Assembly (NCBI GenBank): GCA_964019425.1
Contig: OZ025787.1
Span: 62,001 to 126,000, forward strand
Direction of reading: 5' to 3'
DNA: 64,000 nucleotides
DNA from: Flectonema sp. DT1601
Lineage: Eukaryota
Part shown: in pieces, positions 56,057 to 64,000 of the stretch
Position numbering within the stretch: the first letter of the stretch is position 1
How the letters are laid out: each line of letters starts with the position of its first letter
Position numbers and translations under genes: made by a program
Notes under the pieces: generated by a model
What the model was told of the DNA's origin: nothing
The model's database searches: none
What the model saw: only the letters and a program-made list of their open reading frames with translations

Positions 56057-56802
56057 TCGGATTAGCATCAGCAGGTGAGTTGTTACACACTCATAACTGT
56101 CTTGATGAACCGACACCGACACCTCTTGTGGAATCTGATGCAAAAAACAAAACATTAAAATTTATAATAAGTGAAAATCAAAAAAGAAGAAGAAGAAGAA
56201 GAGAGTAAAAAAAAAACCAAGGTACCGTTAGCACGTCGGCATAGTACTCAACAGAGCAATACCTGTATAGCGTGAGGGGTTTTCTTTTAAAATGTATCAG
56301 TTAGTATTCATGTCAGAATGCCGGTAACAAGGGTGTGTCTAAGTGTCTAATTATAATATAAGGGATTCAGCGAAGGATTTGAAAAGAAGTACCACAGAAT
56401 ACAACTATACCATCCGTAAGGAGACAGTCAGCTTTACTCCAAATCAAATAGCCTGCACGCTATAGCATCTTATAAAACAGATATTAATGCAAGAACGACT
56501 TATAGAATTGTTTTTCTTAGTTATTACAAGGACATATAACGCTTGAGTATCGTCTATTTTCGGGACCGGTTCATTCGGCAGGTGAGTTGTTTTAACTCAT
56601 TGGATCGGATGCCGACTTCAACGGTCACCTTTTGTAGGATCTGATTGAATGAGTGAAAAAAGAAAAACATCAACATTTATAATAGGTGAAATCAGAAGCA
56701 AAAAACAAGAAAAAGAAAAAAGAGAAAAAAAAAACCAAGGTACCGTTTGGACGTCGGTAACAGAGAGAGTGGCGGATGGGATTATCTTTTTTAAAAATGT
56801 AT
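56057..56802. repeat. Degenerate direct duplication (copies at about 56057-56297 and 56564-56802)
   Basis: Collinear shared blocks GCAGGTGAGTTGTT..ACTCAT, CACCT.TTGT.G.ATCTGAT, ATTTATAATA.GTGAA, AAAAACCAAGGTACCGTT.G.ACGTCGG and AAAATGTAT, offset about 507-518 bp. Confidence 0.75.
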
Positions 56803-57075
56803 TCCTGGTAGTTATTACGGTAAAAGTAAATAGTTTTTTGGAATATATCAGATAGCTCCCACCGCTTGTAGAGAAGTACGTTGTACTTCTTTGTAGATAA
56901 AAAAAAACGTTAACAATAACAATATTTGCGGTGAATGATATCACCGGCTTGTAGAACCAAAAAAGACCAATCCGTTTGGATTTTATGACAACTTCTCCTT
57001 AACAGAGAAGTTGTTTATTTTATGTGTGAAATTATTTTCTGTAGCGGGGTGTTCGCAGTACTCATGAGCGACAAG

Positions 57076-59022
<1,947 letters not shown>

Positions 59023-59333
59023 TTTGGGTAATGAAACTAATTGAAAAATAAAGAAACAATAAAAAGTAACATTAAAAGCGCAAGTATGGAAAAACAATCA
59101 CTCCATCTTTATTGAGGGCTGTAGAATAATAAAATATACAATAACTAACCCAATAACTTGATTACATTAACTGGTTATTGTTTTGCGCCTTAACCACAAC
59201 AATGGTGGTAGGCAGCATTATTTTCGGAGAAAAAGCTCAGGAGTTCAACGTAAATACAAAGCAAACTGTTGTATTTAACAATTTCACTAATAAAGAGAGT
59301 GAAGGAATCATTTACTGTCAATGAGGTTTCTGA

Positions 59334-61691
59334 TTACTCTGTTGGTGGACGAGGAATAGCGAGATCTCTAAATATTTCCAGTGTTTTCGTTACTGTCTTC
59401 TCACCAATGTTACCATCCTTTCGCGATCGTACCGAAACTGTTTGGTTTGTAACTTCTTCGTCACCTACTACGAGGACATAATTATATTGCGCCATTTGTG
59501 CATTTCTAATTTTCTTCCCCAGCTTTGCATCACTAGTGTCGACTGCGACTTCGAAACCCTCACCGAATAACGTGTCCTTTACTTGTTGTGCGTACTCAAG
59601 TTGCTGTTCTGAAACAGGTACAACAATTGCCTGGCGAGGTGATATCCAAAACGGCCATTTTCCCATCCAGTGCTCCGCTAGAATAGCAATGCAACGTTCA
59701 AGAGATCCGAATATCGCTCTGTGAATCATTACAGGTCTCTCTTTACGATCTTCCTCACCAGATGCTGATTTCTCGTATGCTAAGTCAAATCTCTCAGGTA
59801 GATTGAAGTCAAGTTGTAAAGTACCAAGTTGGTGCCATCCTGTTTGTGAGTGTTTGTGTGCTAGTTAACACTCTCCACGGCAGGGCAGTAGAAGGTGTGG
59901 ATTGTTTCTTAAAAAGATAAAACATAAATAATAAAAAGTATACATACTCATCATACAGTCTTCAATACGAATATCTATTTTCGGTCCATAAAACGCACCC
60001 TGACCAGGGCTAACGGTCCATATGTGACGAACCGTCTCTTGAATGTCAGAGTTGGTTGCCATTTTTGATTTAAGACTATTGACATGAGATGGTGAACCGT
60101 CGTAGATGGAGTCTGATAGCTGTTCGGGAATACCACAGAACTTGTTTAAAGCTCTTTGAAGGTATGCTTCACTCTTATCCCAAACATCAGGAGTACCTAG
60201 AAAATTGTCTTCCGGTCTCGTTGAGAGAGTTAATTGAAATTTGAATCCCAATATGCTGTACACGTGTTCAATAAACTTCAGAGCATTTTCAATCTCAGAC
60301 GTTACTTGATCAGGTCTGCAGAAGATATGAGCGTCGTCTTGACAAAATCTACGAACTCGTGTAAGACCACTCAGGGCACCAGCAAGTTCATTTCTGTGAA
60401 GAGCACCGAAGTCAGCGAATCTAATTGGTAATTCTCTGTAAGAACGCCTAGTGGATGAGTACATTAAACAGTGTCCAGGACAATTCATTGGTTTTAGAGC
60501 GTAGTTTTCTTTGTTGTCTTCTCCCTCACTGATGCGATACATGTCATCACTGTACTTAGTCCAGTGACCTGATGTTTCCCATAACTTCTTGTTGTAGATG
60601 TTTGGAGTGATAACTTCATCAAAACCACGTTTTCGATATTCTTTTCTCATCCAATCAGTTAGTTTGTTGTAAATCTTTGTTCCATTTGGAAACCAAAAAC
60701 AAGACCCAGGAGAATTCTCATGAAACATCCACAAGTTCTGTTGAACTCCAAGTTTTCGATGATCATTCTTAGCTGCCAATTCCATCGCCTCCTTCCATTG
60801 AGTTAAAAGTTTTTCTTGTGGAAATGAGATTCCATACATTCTCTGAAGTACTGGATTGGTTTCTTTATTTCTCCAGTATGATGATGAATTCTTGTGTACA
60901 GTAAGTGCTTTAACCATACCAGTGTGTGGTAAATGAGGTCCTTGGCAAGGATCAACTAGTGGACCACAACGATATACTACACAGTTGCCTTCATCACTTA
61001 CCTTGCTTTCTAAAGTAGCAACCTTGAAAGGGTTGTATTGGAAGAGCTTTAGGGCATCCTTTTTTGAAACAACAAGACGTTGAAACGGATGTTTCTTAGA
61101 AGTTATTTCTTTTACCAAGCTTTCAATCGACTGATAGTCGCTTTCAGAAATTGGATTTTCAGTTTGTGCCTCGTAGAAGAAGCCGCCATCACTGAGTGGG
61201 GGACCCGTTGATAGTTTTGCTCCATATTTCCATTCCATGGCTGCTCCAAGGATGTGTGCTGATGAATGCCAAAATACCTCAGGACCGTCAGAACTTTCCC
61301 AATCAAAGAGTTCGACTGTGCTGTCACACTCGAATGGCCTTCCCATGTCCCAGAGTTGTTGGTTTACTTTTGCTCCAACCATTTTTGCAGCCATCGAATT
61401 ACTAATTCCCTTTGCGATGTCCAGCGGAGTTGTCTTAAAGGCAATTGCGGAAACCTCACCGCCATTTGGAAGAGTGATTGTAATCGGCTTCTCTTTTGCT
61501 TCATATTCTAATCTTTGTTTCTCAAACAACTCATCAAAAGCAGCGATTCGATCCTCCCAGAAACTTGGTAATGGAGGCAGCTGTGTCATCTTATTTACTT
61601 TAGGCTGCTTCAAGATTGCAACCGACCTTGAGAAGCATCTCCGCTGTGACCACTGCGTCAGTTGAATAAATGATAAACGTTGAAAGTTCAT
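59334..61691 (-). CDS. TARS: Threonyl-tRNA synthetase, 749 aa from the ATG at 61691; exons 61691-59948, 59839-59334
   Basis: TGS domain, FWHSSAH, KPMNCPGHC, GLTRVRRFCQDDAHIFC, GAFYGPKID. The spliced join gives RWHQLGTLQLDFNLPERF, followed by MIHRAIFGSLER and the anticodon-binding domain. Confidence 0.95.
59840..59947 (-). other. Spliceosomal intron, 108 nt (ThrRS)
   Basis: GTATGT...CACACAAACACTCACAAACAG; phase 1; restores the conserved catalytic-domain sequence. Confidence 0.92.
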
Positions 61692-62807
61692 ATTTGTGTT
61701 ACATAAGTGAAGCAACTGTTCAAAAGAAATGAACCAAGTAATGATTTCATTACTTAAAATATGTTTAAGAAATCGAAACAATAATAAGAGGAGGCGGAGA
61801 AGGGGATACGGGTAGTGACAAAGAGACTCTTGAGAACAAACCAAAACACTGGTCGAAGCTGCACAACAAGCGACTAGAGGGATGCTGCGATGCTGATAGC
61901 ACATCACAACGCGCTGTTTTTGTAGATCTAAAGAAGGGAAAGTCTTAGAACATTATCTACGACTTTCCATATGAATGTACAGCTACGCACATCTCGGATA
62001 CGGAGCGGTAAACGCTTGCGATTGAAGGAAGGTTGAATTGTTGACGGCCACCATAATCGCAAAAGGTACAAACAGGTAACACGACCAACAAGAGGACAGA
62101 AAACAACCGTGAAAGTAACACACGGCAGGTCGCAGAGACCACAAAACAACACTTCGACTGAGACTCCACTGCTGAGGAAAGAATTATCGGAAACCTCATC
62201 AAGAGACTGAAGGAAGTTGAGATGTTGATGGCACATCACAACGCGCGTTGTTTTAGACTAACGACATTAAGTGAGCATCAAAACAACATTTATTGTTCTA
62301 TTTATATACATAACAGATATATGCAATCTTATCATTCCACATTCCAGAGAGATCTCTTCTTCAGTTCGCAAGTGGTATCGAGTTGCCCATTGAGCAGTCC
62401 ATACCCGCAGCGTACTAAGCGACCGATGTGCCAACACAGAACTGGCAGTATCGCCAACTTGTTGGCTCTGTTTGTCCTCAAGAACTAACAGCTGACCATA
62501 AACACAGCAGCACAACACCTCTCAAAGTTTATCTTACCTGTTTTTTTGTTTTATTGGAATGTATTACTTTAATCTTTAGTTTTATTATTTCAGTAAACTA
62601 AACTACTTTCATACCTCGGCTAACGCTTCGTTGGTTTGCTAACGTCTTCTGAACAAATAAAACTCTCATACCCTCAGTATACATAAATCACAATACAAAA
62701 TTATCACATTACGGACTAACAGTGTCGTGTTATTATTTAATGTTCTATACTTCAACATAGAGTCAACTACTCACCTCTCCATAACTAAAAACAGGTTGTC
62801 TTCAGGA

Positions 62808-64000
62808 CTAGTGTGGAGCTCCAAAAGGACTCGCTGCTGAATTCTCAAGAAGCTCTTTAAGCAAAAAGAAGAAACGATCGAAATCCTCAATGCTTCCTCT
62901 AATTCGCTTCACTTCTACTAGAGTTCCTTTACTTACTGTTGGAAGAGAAAGGATGCTGTAGGCGAGCTGTGTTTGTGAATTTAAATTTATTTCCAATCTC
63001 ATACAAAATTTAAAAATACATAAAAAAGTAAAACACTCCAATAACATACAATCCCTGCTTCTGTATTTATAAAACCTTTCACTTCAGAACTGAGATCCTT
63101 TACTTGCGGGTTTCCGTTTAGTTCAAGACATGCTCTAGTGATTGTCTGTAAAGTATCAGTAATATGAGCATCAAGTAATAGTGTTCCCATTAGAGTCTTT
63201 TCATTGTGACGAAAGCGGCTTTCAACATCAAAAGAGTTAAGACGAGCTGGTGATGATGATGATACTTGTGAATATGTTGGAGATGATTGTGAAACAGAAT
63301 CATCATCGTATCCCATTTCATCAAAACTGTGAAAAGGATCTTCAGCCATCCCATCTTCAGGAACGATAATACTCTTTCTAGCTTCATTCAGAAGGGACAT
63401 ATCAAAATCTTTACGAAACCATTTGTGTTCAACAACATTATCTAAAGTGATTCTCTTCATAGGATCTTTTGTTAACAATCTCTCAAGTAGATTATTAGCT
63501 TCAGGTGTAACGTGGTCAGGTACTCTATAATTTCCATTTTGGATGGTATCAAACAAAGCACCTGGATCATCGTCATCATCGAAGGGAAGAGTTCCAGTAA
63601 CCATCACATAGAGAATAATACCACAAGACCATATATCAGCTGGTACTCCATTGTATCCTCTTTTTGCCAACACTTCTGGAGCAACATAGTTTGGAGTTCC
63701 ACAGATAGTCTGCAGAAGATTATCACCTCCTTCTCGACCCCAAGATTGGATGTTTGCAAATCCAAAGTCAGAAATTTTTAAAACACCCTTCTCATTCAGC
63801 AATAAATTCTCAGGTTTTAAATCTCTGTGAGCAATTCCCTGATTATGACAGTATAAAACTCCCATAATTAGTTGATGGAAGTAGAACCTCGCCTGGTCCT
63901 CTGTGAATCTACCAGCGTCTTTTATCTCATTAAACAACTCACCCCCCGCAAATTCCATAATTAAATATATACATCTCGGTGTCTGTAAAACATCTTTAAG
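62808..64000 (-). CDS. SNF1/CIPK-like Ser/Thr kinase (CAMK group); 5' end lies outside the window; exons >64000-63050, 62966-62808
   Basis: HRDLKPENLLL, DFG and TICGTPNYVAPE. NAF-like PARLNSFD. The spliced C-terminal domain LVEVKRIRGSIEDFDRFF resembles the CIPK C-terminal/KA1 domain. Confidence 0.9.
62967..63049 (-). other. Spliceosomal intron, 83 nt (kinase)
   Basis: GTATGT...TTCACAAACACAG; phase 0; AGI|LAYS. Confidence 0.85.

Noticed and set aside
61692..61907. GTG-initiated N-terminal extension of ThrRS (similar non-ATG extensions at 14244, 20600, 38725, 55670)
   Set aside because: Artefact of allowing bacterial start codons in a eukaryotic sequence; the upstream part is pyrimidine-rich UTR or acceptor sequence.

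Overview
AT-rich eukaryotic nuclear DNA, most likely from a euglenozoan protist. It encodes a paraflagellar-rod protein and a BILBO1-type protein, and about 24 genes all lie on the minus strand, as in a polycistronic unit. Frequent short GT-AG cis-introns make a diplonemid-like organism more likely than a trypanosomatid (inference). Eleven introns were resolved by hand, and they join ORFs that the ORF track splits. Recognisable genes: PP2A catalytic subunit, MRT4, PFR-like protein, two-pore channel, TPT-family transporter, phosphatidylserine synthase, DCC1, MCM6, vanin/biotinidase, IscA/Isa2, BILBO1-like EF-hand protein, ThrRS and a CIPK/SNF1-like kinase. Three things stand out. (1) A spliced ~1791-aa NLR-like STAND protein with the order ankyrin - ADP-ribosyltransferase (R-S-ExE) - NACHT - pentapeptide - WD40. 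(2) An unusual intron pattern: GTATGT donors, G/U-rich 5' halves and A/C-rich ...ACAG acceptors with no polypyrimidine tract, whereas acceptors upstream of start codons are pyrimidine-rich. (3) A perfect ~265-unit (AAC)n tract that forms the 3' acceptor region of the BILBO1-like intron. A ~9 kb gene-poor region with several hairpins and a duplicated structured element are also present. All family calls come from motif recognition; no database searches were run.
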